Positions 25,420 to 38,530 of a stretch of DNA of 64,000 nucleotides are shown one piece after another. Positions within the stretch are counted from its first letter, which is position 1, and every line of letters begins with the position of its first letter. The stretch is from NCBI GenBank assembly GCA_010015585.1, contig ML975149.1, one strand, 5' to 3'. The position numbers were made by a program, and so were the translations under genes. The DNA is from Eremomyces bilateralis CBS 781.70 (taxonomy: Eukaryota). Below the pieces are notes generated by a model. That model saw only the letters and a program-made list of their open reading frames with translations. It made no database searches and was not told the DNA's origin.

Positions 25420-26829
25420 ATGTTCGACAACGTTTGCAGTCTCCCCCTCTCCTCCGACCTTTTCGCTCAGGCCGTCCATCCCACCGAGCCCATCGTCGCG
25501 GTCGGCCTGCTGACGGGCCACGTCGCGGCGCTGCGGCTCCCTGCCGCCGACGACAACGGCGACGCGAGCGTGCTCAGTGCGGCGACGACGGAGTCCGGGA
25601 CCGGGACGATCGAGACGATCTGGCGGACGCGGCGGCATCAGGAGAGTTGTCGGAGCTTGGGGTTCAGCGTGGATGGGCGGACGCTATTTTCGGCGGGGGC
25701 GGATGGAGTGGTGAAGGCGGCGGAGACGGAGACGGGGGTGGTGAGGAGTAAGATTGTGTTGCCGGCGGAAAAGTATGCATCTCTCTACCTTTTCTATGCA
25801 TGATGGTTCTTCCTATGGATCGACCAATTGGCTAATTCGATGTCGTATAGGAACTCCCCCATCGACGCCGCCACCGTCCTCCACGTCCTCTCCCCACAAA
25901 CCCTTCTCATCGGCACCGATTCCTCCGCCCTCCACCTCTACGACCTCCGCATCCCCTCCGCCCCTGCAGGAAACTCCACCACCTGGTTCCGCTCCTCTAA
26001 ACCCCAGCAAACCCACCGCCCGCACGCCCCCTCCCACATCTCCTCCATCACGCCCTTCCCCCCCTCCGACACCAGCACCTCCGGCTACAGCAAGCAATGG
26101 CTCAGCACCGGCGGCGGCACCGTCGCCGTGACGGACCTGCGGCGCGGTGTGCTCGCGCAGAGCGACGACGTAGGCGAGGAGCTGATGTGCTCGGCGTACG
26201 TGCCGCACTCCGGGCGGAAGGGGCGCGGGGATCAGATCCTGGTGGGGTCTGGGGAAGGGGAGGTGATGATATGGGAGCGGGGCCATTGGGATAGCTGGGG
26301 GGAGCGGATTAATCTAGGTGGGGGGAACGAGACGGTGGAGACGTTCGCGGTGTTGCCCGCGGGGTGCGGGGGAGTCAAGGGGAGTGTGGCGGCGATTGGG
26401 ATGGGAATGAGTGATGATGGGTGGGGGAGGGTGAAGTTAGTGGATATCAAGGCGAGGAGAGTGGTGGGGGAGCTGTTGCATGAGGTGAAGGAGGATGTCA
26501 CGGCGATCGGGTATGACGTGGCTGGCAGGCTGATCACTGGTGGGGGGTGCGTGCTGAAGGTGTGGCATGAGAAAGGCGAGGGCGAAGAGGAAGATGAGGA
26601 GGAGGATGAGGAGGGGGAGCAGGAGGAGGATCAGGAGGCTACAGTCAGTGCCAATGGCCACTCCAAGCGGGCTCCCGAAAGCGAGGATGAAGAAGATTCC
26701 GACGACGATTCGGACAGCTCGATGGATATGCCGTCCAGGAACAAACCATCGCCGACGAAGAAGCCGAAGAGGAAGGGCAATCTGCCCAACGGGGGGGTGG
26801 CGGAATTGGCGTTTGATGGGCTAGACTAG
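25420..26829 (+). CDS. JIP5: WD-repeat protein JIP5 (WDR55-like, ribosome biogenesis)
   Basis: [32 protein letters not shown]; intron 25773-25850; [23 protein letters not shown]; acidic/basic tail ending FDGLD. Confidence 0.88.
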
Positions 26830-27302
26830 GACAACTGACGGCGTATTGGAGGATATCAACAGCGTGCCGGCGTTGGTGAGTTTGTACGGCAGTTGGTCAC
26901 TCGGTCAAGCTCCTCTTGTCCATGCTTGACTGGCGATAGGAATATCGAGGCGTTGAGGCATACATATGCTGCTCCAAATCCGCAGCATCGAATGACAATG
27001 GAAGCACCACGGAATCAATACCTACCTAATAGGTCTCTATGACACTGAAAGAGGCTATCATCATCAATCTGGGGATTTTCCAGTCCGTTTGCCTCCGTCT
27101 GAAGTTTCACGTTCGGTTTTCTCACATGCAGCCTGCCGGTACTGCAGAAGTCGCTCAGTGAAATGGTTGCTTCTTGATTTTCGATTTCACTTCGAGAGGC
27201 CAATCTTCTGTCTCTCACCTCTCACCCCTGTTCTTACTTTTTTCATAATCGTGTAGTTGAGGGCGCTTTTCTTCCTCAGATCAAGCGCAACTGCTTCCAA
27301 GG

Positions 27303-29211
27303 ATGGAGACTCAGGAGCTTCCTCACATCGAGGACCACCCTCAAGGTGACGATGTTCGTCGGCAGGTAAGGGTTTCCATTTCAGTCGTATCATAAATATC
27401 TGCGGCTGGTATTCACGCAGCGAGCATTGTTCTATTCCATCCGGTGCCAATTTTTATCTTCAACATATCAGTCCGCACTAATATTGACGTCCCCCAGGTC
27501 GAGTACTATTTCTCCGATGAGAACCTCCCCAACGACGCGTACCTCCTCGAAAAATGCTGCGGCTCCCAGAACCTTCCCGTCTCCATCAAGAAAATCTGCA
27601 GCTTCGCCATGATGCGGAAGTACAAGCCCTACAGCGCCGTCGTCGCCGCGCTGAAAAAGAGCATTTACCTCGACGTCGTCGACGACAAACTCATCAAGCG
27701 CAAAATCCCCGTGATCCTCGAAGAGGTAATCAATGCGGAAGGGAAGCCCACGTACAAGAAGCCTCCACCGAATCTAGGTTTCCCCGAGAATCCTAAGGGA
27801 CCAACGTCGAACAACCCGTTGATGACCAAGGGGATGCTGAAGCCGACCGGGTTCGAGGAATGGTACGCGGACCCGCCCGTGACGCCGGCGGAGTACAAGG
27901 ACGATGCGCAGTGCTACGATTCGAGCATCCCGATCGACGCGCGCATGGAGGCGGCGGTGCAGCGCTACAGCTCGCGGAGGAAGTTCCATCAAACGACCAG
28001 GGCGATCTTTAGCGCGTGGTTTCGCTACAGTGGCTGGGATGCCGGTCAGCGTCAGTTTCAGGGGAACGACCCGAAGGAGCTGGAGAATTACGACGCGCCT
28101 GAAATCGCGCTGATGACATCGACGTTGTTCCCTGGCGAGGATAAAGATGATCGGACGAAGTGGGTGGTGGATTTCGAGGGCGTGGCGAAGGGGTTTCTGT
28201 ACGTTGCCATGCTGGTTCCATTGGTTATGCAATCGTTTGACCTTCGATAGCTCTACTCGCCTTCCGAACATCATCCATTTATCCACCGACAATGTGAAGA
28301 CTGCCACCCAGGTCATGATGAACATGTACAACTGGTTCCTCCACCACAACGTATGCCCCGAGTACAGCCAAGAGATCCTCGCCGCTCGCTCCGTCTGCGG
28401 GTTGGCGTACGAGGAATATCAAAAGTTGATCCCCCTTCGCCCGCAGCTTCCCGGCCCTTTCAATATCGCCATGTCGACGCTGTTTGATGGCTACTACGGC
28501 CCCATTTACGGGGAAGGGGATGAGATGGTGGACATTAAGGAGCTTCGCGCACAGGCGTGGGACGGCATCATCATGAATTATCACATGGCGAAGGTCAGCG
28601 TCTTGGCTGGGTTGGCCGCGATTGCATCGGAGAAGCTGTTCGCTGCTATCATTGACAAGCCTGCCGGTGATGAGACGGAGAAGAACAACGGCAATGGCGA
28701 GTGCAAGGATGGTCCATCTTCCGACGCTGAAGAAACCTGGGTCGAGCGCGCCAAAGCGCTTATCCCCAACGTTCGCCGCGAAGTGGGCCTCCAAATCACC
28801 GCGATCGAACCGCCAAGCCAAGAGGTAAAAGAGCTCTACCACCAGCATAACGCGGAAGTCCGGAAGAAGATGCACCTAAAGCCACTAGGGACACTTCGCT
28901 GCAAGCTCTGGGACCTTCAGACGTTCCGGCCGCGAGATATGCCCGAGCAGAAGCGCTGGAATCCAGGCGAGATCGTGGTTCACCTCGAGGACGACCTTCT
29001 CGCGCATTGCTTCGTGGGGATGAAGATCAGCGGGGTGATTCGGATGGTAGAAGAGGGGCACTGGTGGCTGGATGAAGTGTTGGCGGCATTTCCAAGCTTC
29101 TATACGTTGCTATTAAATGACATTCAAGTCAAGAAGTGGAGGCAGCCCCGATGGCTGAAGAGCAGAGAGGAGCAGGAGAAGGCGGAGCGGAAGGATAACA
29201 TGGCGGAATAA
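27303..29211 (+). CDS. La-motif (HTH La-type) plus Argonaute-chaperone Arb1-like protein
   Basis: Exons 27303-27365, 27498-28198 and 28251-29211; the start may lie further upstream. Splicing makes DVRRQ|VEYYFSDENLPND (La motif). Later come PTGFEEWYADPPVTPAEY, WVVDFEGVAKGFLS, HHNVCPEY, LPGPFN and HCFVGMKI (Arb1-type). Confidence 0.85.
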
Positions 29212-29343
29212 GTGGCGCACGATCAATTTGCTTCAGGGGAGTCACGGGTCACTGGTAACACTGGAGAAGGGGAAGATAAACCTATCCTTCAACAGACAGG
29301 AGCGAAGATAGTCGCACCAGCGGCTGAATTGATTCCATGCCAC

Positions 29344-30447
29344 TTAAGGCTTCAAAAGGAGCTTTCCCGTTGTCTTACGGCTTTCAATGTCCTATAAATG
29401 TTAGCGGGAATCCACGCCATCGTTGTCTCTGAACTTACCGCGTGTGCCCGAGCAACGTCCTTCAACGGATAGATCTCATGGATCTTACATCCCATGTTGT
29501 GGTGGATGAGGAAGTCGACCACCTCGCCCATGTACTTCTGGAACTCCTCCCTGGTCTGGATATAAGGGAACAAGCTCGATCGGAGCAGCTTGATGTTCTT
29601 CGCGCTGAGCCGGCTGGATCGATGTTAGCCCTGGCATGTAGTTTCAACATCCAATGAACCCAGGTACTTACGCGATTTGGAACGCTGGCACCGCTCCACT
29701 CGAGTTGCCAAAGCTCACCATCGTGCCTTTCCGCGCCACCAAGCTCAGAGTCAAATCAAACGTGGATGCACCAACACTGTCGAACACAGCTTTGACGCCC
29801 TCACCGTTTGTCTTCTCATTCACCACCCTCCTCAGTTCCTCCTCCTCATACCCCACCGACACCTCCGCACCATAATTCCTCGCCATCTCCCTCTTCGTCT
29901 CGTCGCTCGCCACGGCGATAGTCCGACCACCTATATGCTTCAACAACTGGCACAGCCACCCCCCCACGCCCCCCGCCGCCGCTGTCACGAGCACCCAATC
30001 CCCCTTCTTCACCTCGTACGCCTCGCGGATCATCGTCCATGCCGTTAGCGCTTGCAACATGGCCGCGCACGCGATCTCCGGCTTCATCCCGTCCGGGAGC
30101 TTGTATGCCCGGTCCGCGCCCACCGTGACGTATTCAGTATACGTGCCCTCCTGCATAAAGACAACCTGGTCCCCGGGCTGCAGTCCGTAGGTCTCCCCTG
30201 AGCCGAGCGCGGCCACGGTGCCAGCGGCTTCGCGGCCGAGGATGTAGGGGAAGGAGGGGGCTTTGTAGAGGCCGGTTCGGAAGTAGGTATCGATGTAGTT
30301 GACTCCGATGAAGGCGTTCTTGACGAGGATCTGTCCGGGTTGGGGCTCCGGGACGGGGAGGTGGGTGGTGTATTGCAGGACGGAGGTGTCGCCGTTCTCG
30401 GCGATTTGCACACCGGCCATCGTGGATGGGATGGGATTGGATGCCAT
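29344..30447 (-). CDS. Zeta-crystallin-type NADPH:quinone oxidoreductase (Zta1/Qor-like)
   Basis: Motifs GVNYIDTYFRTGLY, ILGREAAG, AAAGGVG, VFDSVG and SFGNSSG. Two 3' introns (about 29615-29671 and 29392-29439). Ends DIESRKTTGKLLLKP*. Confidence 0.93.
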
Positions 30448-31313
30448 GATGGAGGAATGGAAATAATGAGAGGAAATAGGAGGGCCAAAAGGAGGACTTG
30501 ACGCTTTGGGGAAGGTGCTTAGAAAGAACGGTTGTACTCTCGAAGATCCGAGATGGAGGATTGACTGAACTGCGAGCTTCGGAGGGGTTAGTCGGGCGAA
30601 TTGAGGGACACAACACTTATAAATGAGCATTGCGGAGCTATCGGTCGCTAGGAGGAATAGATTCGGAATTTACACTTCTGCTTAGAGCAGTCTGCTCGGG
30701 GTATATGTGATACTACAGGTTAACTATGGCGTCTGAAAACGTAATATCCCCGCTCTCATGCGGATCGCAGAATTATCGGCGTTAAAGATAGGCGGCGTTA
30801 AGATAGGCTTCCACCAGCAGCCGAACCTCCGCATTCGGGAGCGCCACAATACCGTACAGGTGTTCAAGATGGGACACAAGATATGATGACTGCCGGTGCG
30901 ATAAGGAGGGTATCTCTAGACGCGTATGCGGCTGTATATTCGAGACTTTAATTGGAAAGGATACGCCCAATTACCGCCGTACATGGACGCAGTCACAAAG
31001 TCCGCAACAAGGCGTGCAAGGATGGAATCACATCTTGACAAGGCCTTTAGTAGTAGAGAAAAGCGGTCCTTGTTCAATGGTTATGGTAAGGAATAGATAG
31101 TCGTTCGAATGATTTGCCATGCCGTCTCATACACCATGCTTCGCTACTCGAAAGTCGCTAGCAGACAATTAGAAGAATATTACACGAATCAAAACCTTTT
31201 ACCTCGACATGCCACGCAGACGAACAAGCCGAAGATCCCATGCACAGCAGAATCCCGACCTTATGTACTCCTTGCTAGGCCACTTCCCTTCCATTCATCA
31301 TGTCCCATCAACC

Positions 31314-32875
31314 TCACAAGCTCACCACCAACACCACGGCCGCAGCCACCAACGCAAACATCGAATTCACCGTCATCGCGCTCGCGGCACCCGTCTTAGT
31401 CGGCTCCGGCCCGCCCGAGGTGCCCGTCCCACTCCCACTCGCCCCACTCGGGAGATTGCTCTCGCCGTCCTTCACCTCCACGAGTTTCAACCCTTGGATC
31501 GGGGTCCAGTCGACCGCGAAGATGTCACCCACGACGTCCGTCTTGGTGACGGGAACCAGCTTGCCTTGGTTGGGGTTCGACAGACCGGAGTTGATGACCT
31601 CGGTGATCTCGTCGGGTGTGTCGGGGATGTTGAATTCGCTGGAGAACTTGGAGTTGGTGATGAGGGACTTGTCGCATTGGGGCGGGTCTTGCGAGGCCGC
31701 GGACGGGCTGGTGGATTGGATGAGGCCGATGTCAAGCTTGCTATATTGGTTTTTCAGGTTGTCGTAGTCGATGCGGAAGTGGACCGTGCCGTTGTCGAAC
31801 GAGTCCACCAGGCCGTAGTTGGATTCCTCCTGGCTGTATTCGTACACCAAACCACCAGACAACGCCGTCAACTTAGTCCCGTACAAAGACTGTACTTCGT
31901 TGAACGACCGTGGTGTCACCTCGTTGCAGCCGTATTCGCTGAAGAAGACGGGAACGCTGGTCTTTTCGAACATCGTGGCCAGCTTGTCAAATCCTGCGGA
32001 CTCGAAGGTCGCGTCGGCACCGCACCAGCTGTAGGAGTTCAGGCCGAAGAAGTCGGAGCGCGAGACGTCGTTGTCACCGATCTTGCATTGGAAGTAGGCC
32101 CAGCTATCTTGCAGGATGGGACGCACGTCAGCGGCCGAGTAACCAACGGGAATGGCGCGCTCGCTGTTCTTGGCGATGTAGTTCTTGATGTCGCGTTGGA
32201 TGGCCTAGGTTCACACGAACTTGTTAGAGAGTGCGGTTTCCAGTCACTCATCGAAGGCATGACTTACTCGGATATACTGAGGGTTTTTCTCGGCGGTATC
32301 CATGTCGTTCATGACCTCATTCGCCGCGAAGAAGCCCATCGTGTTGGGATAATTCTTGAACGCCTCCACCACCCCAAACGTCCGGGACAGATATCCCACA
32401 TGGTATGACCCCTCGGGATCACTCCGATCCAGACTTTCGCCGCCAAACGGCGCATTGACGTCGACGATCATGTACATCCCGGCATAGTTGAAGATGCTCG
32501 CACACTCATCATGGTTGAGGGTCGGGTCCACATTGTACACCCGGATGGTGTTGATGCCCAGTTGCTGCATGATTGTCGCGTCACGCAGACAGACTTCCGC
32601 ATCGCTGAGCGGGTCCCGGTCCTCGTCCGGCTTGTATCCGGCTTGCCCGCCTGGCTGATAGTCCACGCCGATGATCATGACACGTTTATTGGTGACGGAG
32701 TCGACGAATTGAGAGCCGGCGATTTTGACGGGGTTGACCGCGGCGGCGAGCGTCGCAAGGGACGCGAGTGCGCCGGCGGCGAGGGAGGTCTAATGGGGGG
32801 TCAGCATCGGATATACGGGAAGGGGGTGCGCGTCTAGCTGGAGGAGACTAATGCTAGACAGATACCTACCTTCAT
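31314..32875 (-). CDS. GH72 beta-1,3-glucanosyltransferase (Gas/Gel family, GPI-anchored, no X8 domain)
   Basis: Exons 32875-32870 (ATGAAG), 32789-32268 and 32204-31314. Signal peptide; GVDYQPGG, NTIRVY, FFAANEV, GLNSYSWCG, FFSEYGCN, SGGLVYEY; hydrophobic GPI tail. Confidence 0.95.
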
Positions 32876-35131
32876 TTTGATTTGAATATCAGACCGTGAT
32901 GTCGCTGAGTGTATTTCTGGATGGACTACCCCGTGTTGGTGGAGAGAGAAGCAAACAGGGGGAGGATGTCGCGGTCGAAGGAGCGGATGAAAGGTAAACA
33001 GCGAGAGGGAGTCGCTGTTCCTTTCACGGGTAGGAGGAAGGAGAGAGCAGAAAGCAAGAACGAATGCAGTGCGAATGAGCGACTAAACAGTGAGTATGAG
33101 CATTGTAGAAGGGAGAGATTGGAAACAAAGGAGGTGGTTACATTCATCAGTCTAACTCCATTTCAACCAATCACCGGCTGTCAACCATCAACCCGAGATT
33201 AGGTACGGAATACGGAGTATTAGCGTCTCTCTCACGTGTATCTCCCCGTATTCCATAAACTCCGTAGGTGAAGCTTAAGACTTCGATTTAATTAGCCAAT
33301 TGGCAGATCTTCGAGTTATTACTAATTCTTGACATTACCACCTGCCCAGTGCTGGCAGGTGCAAACATGAAACAACGCCTAGCTTCACTCGAAACATCCC
33401 GGATTCCCGATCACATCTTACCCGTAGTAGCCAACCAACTAGTTAGCGATCGATCTGCTTCTTCTCATGTTTGTCAAGAAGGGCAATATCCGGCTTGACA
33501 AAAGTTTTCTGCAAACCTTATGGTATATTTGAGTCCCTTGCGAGTGTTCTTACAATTCGCCATGTGGGCATATATTCGTAGTTACATCTATCCAAGTCAA
33601 TGATAGAAGCTTCAAGTTTGCAATGCCTGCCAAGCGAATGTTCTATGCTTGAATGGCTGTTATAGTTATGTTGTATGATGAGGTATATCTGGGGGGATCT
33701 TCGTTCTAGTATCCAAGTACGCGATTCAATCTAGTTCTCCATCGATCGCATGCGACACCAATATGATGAAGTCCCTCTACCCCTTCATGCCTTTCCGGTA
33801 CTAGCATTAAGGTGTGTCATAGCTGAGTTGTCCACTGGAGAATTTTAGAAGCGACAATGCCTTCAATTCCGCTGCATATCAATGCATCAAGCTTGCGCTT
33901 TGGCCAGAAACGGACACAGTAGAATCTAGAATGAAAATCAATCAGCAAATCGGGCATCTATAATCTATTCCTGCCCAGAAAATTTTCAATATGGGATGAG
34001 TTCAAAAACAAAAGAAATGGCGAGGGGTCATTAGAAGTCCTTTTCGCAAAGGGTGGACGGCAAAGTACATCATACTGGGCATGGGACATTTCCATTCAGG
34101 CGAAGACACAGAACTGCGTTGCTGGGCAGTATACTGGTCTCCAAGTGCGCTTCCAGAGTAGTCACCAGCTCAAGAAAGGATATAATGCATTTGATTTGAT
34201 TTTTCCGGTATAGAAGTATGGAATTAGCGAACATACACAGACCGACTCTTCCTGCATGTCCGTACGGATGGAGGCAAGGTAGCTGATATCCGCTCAACTA
34301 CCTTACAACGAACTACAATGCTAACAGAACCGGTCAGAGGACTCGAGAATAGTACTGGAAGTCATGGAAGTCACGACCTGATCGACATGTCTATCGTCCG
34401 CCCCATCCGACACTGACCGCACTGGCAGAATGGCGCCTCAAGCTAGTCAAGAGACGGCGTTGACAGAATGAAATTCGGCGAGCTCGAAGACTGGTCGTCT
34501 GTTCAATATAACTGAGTGAGAATGTCGACGGTCAAAGGCTTGTAGCGGCGAGCGGATTGCACTGAGGGCACATACCGGTGGAGGCTTTCCAATCTTGCGT
34601 TTCATCCCTAAGTCTACCGGCTTCGTTTGTTGAAAGCAGCCGGTGCGTGGACCCAGATCATCGAGCTCTTGTGTTGTATACCTATTTCGGATATCATTGC
34701 ATCATATATAATTGAATAGGGACACTGGAGCGTGCTATATGTCTATGGAGCGGCCCGACCCTCCTCCCAAGCTCATTGGGGCTATTCTCGAGAACCAATA
34801 GTTATAGAATGGGGACTGGTGGTATTGCTGGAAGTGTGGGCACCAAGGCAGGTTCAATTAAATTCAATTGATGGTCTTGATAGTCATGGAGGAGCGGGAA
34901 TAGGCAGGATTGAGGTGAATGGTTCCTGCTATTGACGAAAAGGGATGTATATGAATAGAAGGAGACGAAGGTGATGTAGGTACTGATGGAGACACACAGC
35001 AATTTCAACCGTCCCGAATCCTGATCTACCTTTAAGACTCTTACTTCTTCTCTTCTATCCTCTCTCGTCTTTCTTCCCTCAACATCTTTACTTCTCCACA
35101 AACAACCAAACTAGCAAACCAGCAACCAACC

Positions 35132-38100
35132 ATGGAGATGGAGATGGACTCTGACTTGCCTTCAGGAAATATCTACGTGAGTAACTAATTACTTTATACT
35201 GTCTTCACACTCTGTCATGCCTCTGCTTTCCCTTTCATTCCCTGGTATGCTTGTTCTGGGCCTGGTTGGCGAAGGTAATGTTACCGTCTCTGAGAGACTC
35301 GAGACTCAAGCCCTGAGCCCTGAGCATGCATTCCTTCTCACTCCCTGAGCAGCATGAGTGAGAACATCATGTACTTCCTTGTCTTCTCTCACTGAACTTC
35401 TAGGTGAGTATCTCCAATTCCCATCTCTTCCCCCAATTTTCACAACCTCCATGTTTTGGGGGTAGCGTGGTTCCTTCAGAGTCAGGTTATGTGCCTGTCA
35501 GTCAACACCAGCTGCAACTTGAGGTCGGTGTCTCACGGGATTGCGAGCAAGGCGACATGTGGTCGTCAAAATTCACTTGCAGAAGCCAGTCGGTCAATTA
35601 TCGCAACAACAAATGAATTTCCAAAGTGAAACTTCCCAGTGAAAGGTTACCAGCTCTCACTCACTTTAATTTTCACTCTCACTCTCCTCTCACTCATCTT
35701 TAAATCTCTCTCACACAGTTCTCTCACATCAATTCCTCACCAATTTCTAGTCACTCACAAAAACTCATTGAGAGCAACACACTGAAAGTAACACACAACT
35801 AACGTGATGTTTTCACACCAGCAGTTTGAAGAAGAAGGGAACCTTCCTGTCGAGATGGAGGGAGTGGAGATGAAGGAAGATGTTGATGTTGGGGAAAAGG
35901 AGGAGTGGTGGTCGGCCACTTTGGTTGGCATTGTCCCGCCCAGAGCAGGGGATGTCAAGATGGCCTTCGGGCCGAGTTGCCAGGAAGGGGACTGCGAGGA
36001 CTTCGTGTTCGGGGTGCCGATGGATTACCGGGCCGAAGGGCGGCGGGGGCGACGCGCCAAGAGTGTTAGCCCCCACCAATGGGAGCTCTTCATGGTCACC
36101 ATGGGAAGTGGCCGGCTCCCTGCCATCCTCAACGTCGCTGCCGCCGGAGCTGCATCTGTCGGTCGCTCTCTCCAACTCCGTGCCGTCGACGAGCGCAAAC
36201 GGCCGTATGTGTCAACCGATGGCATTGTCCCCGTCATTTGCAATTGCGCATCGTCAAATGTGCAAAACATGCTGAATGACGCGATTATTGACGCGGGACG
36301 GTCATCGGAAGTAATCAAACGCTACGGACCCGACCCTCGCATTCTGCTCAAGCGTCGCCGCGCAGCATCCAGCTCACGAACGCGTCGATCGTCACCTCCC
36401 GGACCTCGCATCATCGACAGGAAATGCCTCTCAACCCCAGTCCCTTCACCATCACAGGCGCCCTCCCCACCCTCATTGCCGAAGCGAAAGAAGTCGCCGC
36501 CAGAGACAGAAAACCAGCTCACGCCAGACGTGGGCAAACGGCATTGCTCGACGAACGGCCGCGTCCACGGGTGGCGGAGGGCGCTCAAGATGAGCGCCGA
36601 CAAACTCGCCGATGATGTTGCCGGCTTCCACATCTCCGATGAGGAGGAAGAAATCCAGCAGCTGGAGTGGACAGAGCAAGGCGCCCTGGATTTCTGGGGG
36701 AGGACTAGTTTGGCATCTGTCATGCCTGCCACTCCAGCTGCTGCGATTGAACCTTGCTCGATTGCCGCAGCTGCACCGTCCAACATCCTAACACCCGCCG
36801 AAAGACCTGCGACACAGTCGAGGCAACCCGCCGACGTCCAAACCCCCGTCGAAAAACCTCCGACACAGTCGGGGCAACCAACTCCCGCCGAAAGACCTCT
36901 GACGAGGCAACCGTTCGACGTCCATACCCCGATCGTTTACACACCCACCAACCAGCTGGCTGGAAAAACCAGAATCCACCTGAAGAACCTGTCAAGACTG
37001 TTCACTCGTCGCGCTCCTCGCCGTCAAGTACTTGGGGAAGAGAGAGAGGAAGTGCAGGCGATCAAGCCTAGCGACCATGCTGAAGCATCACGACATGGGG
37101 AAGATCGAGCAGCCCAAGTGGTGCCGACTCCGAAAACCGGGCTGGTCAGCCAAATCACCCACGCACTCAAGAAAGCCGGCGAAAGCATTCTGTCCCCGGC
37201 GACAAAAGCTCCCAAGGTACAAACTCCAGCGATAAAAACACCGGAGACCCGGACGCCGGCATCGACTCCAGCTGTCGCCCCGCAGCCAGCAAAGCGACCA
37301 GTGAAGCTATCAACCCCGGAGTCGAGATCTCTTATTTTCCGTAAACCCAAGCCGGCGACTCCAGCCCGTGCGAAGCCAAAACAAGCTCCAGGGCCGTCCA
37401 CACCACATTCACAGCAGAGCCAGATTGCCCCGTCCGTCCTTGAAAACACCCCTTCTCCCGCCACCTCATTTGTCGACGCGTTAGATCCGGCATTGATTGG
37501 CAGAATCAGCCTCCAACCGCTCGCCTTCCGGCCCATCGAGATATCGTCTCGAGCATCACCAGCCGCATTGAGTCCTACAAATCGGGCTGAGCAAGACCAG
37601 GCGAAGGGGAAATCGCCAGCATCATCGGTGTCAGAATATTCACCATCTCCTTCTGCTGGTTCGGAGTCCCCAGTCGAGCGTGCTCCACTCATCTGTGCGT
37701 TGTCGGAGTCCCAACGTCAGGTGGTGGAGGACGTCGAGACGCATCTCCAGATCCACGCACCGATCTCAAGTCGCGAGAGAGAAGCTGTCACTGTGAGAGA
37801 CCTCCAGACCCTGTCCGACCAAGAGTGGCTGAACGACAATGTCATCAACACCGTCCTCAAATACCTCACCGAAGCTGCCGCACAGCACGCAACAACCACG
37901 AAACCTCCTCGGGGCAAAAACAACCCTCCTGTCGTCGGAGCACTTGGCACGCAGTGGTTCACTACCTATCAGACGAAAGAGAAAGAAGGCGGTGCCGGCG
38001 CAGCAACCATGGGCCGCTGGTTCAACCGGGCGAAACTCGTGAAAAACAACCTCCTCTACTGCAAGTTCCTCGTCCTTCCTGTCCACCTTGGGAACCACTG

Positions 38101-38530
38101 GGTCATGGTGGTTATCGAGCCATTGCCGAAGCGAATTCACTATTTCGACAGCATGCACGGAAAACGCGCGGACGTCATCGAGGCACTCCACGACATCCTT
38201 GAGTGCCAGTTGTACGACGATATCTACGAGCAGCGGGTGCAGTGGCGCGTCTCGTACGGTCCCACCAATTCGCAGACCAATGGGAATGATTGCGGGGTCT
38301 TCTCCATTTGGAACGCGATCGCGACCGTCACGGGCCGATCAACAATAGAGGAAGTCACTGCGGCGGGCATGCCGAACGCCCGATATTGGCTCAAGGCGGT
38401 CCTGTGCAATGGAGGGTTCACGGGTGAGTTTGCCCTGCCGTTTGAACAAGAGTTGAATCTTGGCTGGGATGATTTGAAGAAGGTCATGGAGCTGGACGCG
38501 TTGGAGGCTGCCAGCATTCCACGACTATGA
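35132..38530 (+). CDS. Ulp1-family (peptidase C48) SUMO protease with a long disordered N-terminus
   Basis: C-terminal WLNDNVIN, PVHLGNHW, YFDS and QTNGNDCG give the His-Asp-Cys triad plus the oxyanion Gln; also NGGFTGEF. Probable exon 1 at 35132-35176 splices in phase 0 to 35822 (ACTAAC..CAG). The 5' model is less certain. Confidence 0.88.
36791..36930 (+). repeat. Imperfect coding tandem repeats in the Ulp1 N-terminal region
   Basis: TPAERPATQSRQPADVQ / TPVEKPPTQSGQP / TPAERPLTRQPFDVHTP. At DNA level CCCGCCGAAAGACCT and GACACAGTCG recur. Confidence 0.75.

Noticed and set aside
30448..30630. In-frame 61-aa N-terminal extension of the quinone reductase
   Set aside because: It begins within a TATA-like TTATAAAT region and lacks the codon bias of the gene. 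A targeting extension cannot be excluded, but it is unsupported.
31209..32408. 399-aa plus-strand ORF
   Set aside because: Antisense to the strongly codon-biased GH72 gene.
33400..35000. Intergenic stretch with short broken ORFs
   Set aside because: No motif, repeat or terminal structure to support a gene or transposon.
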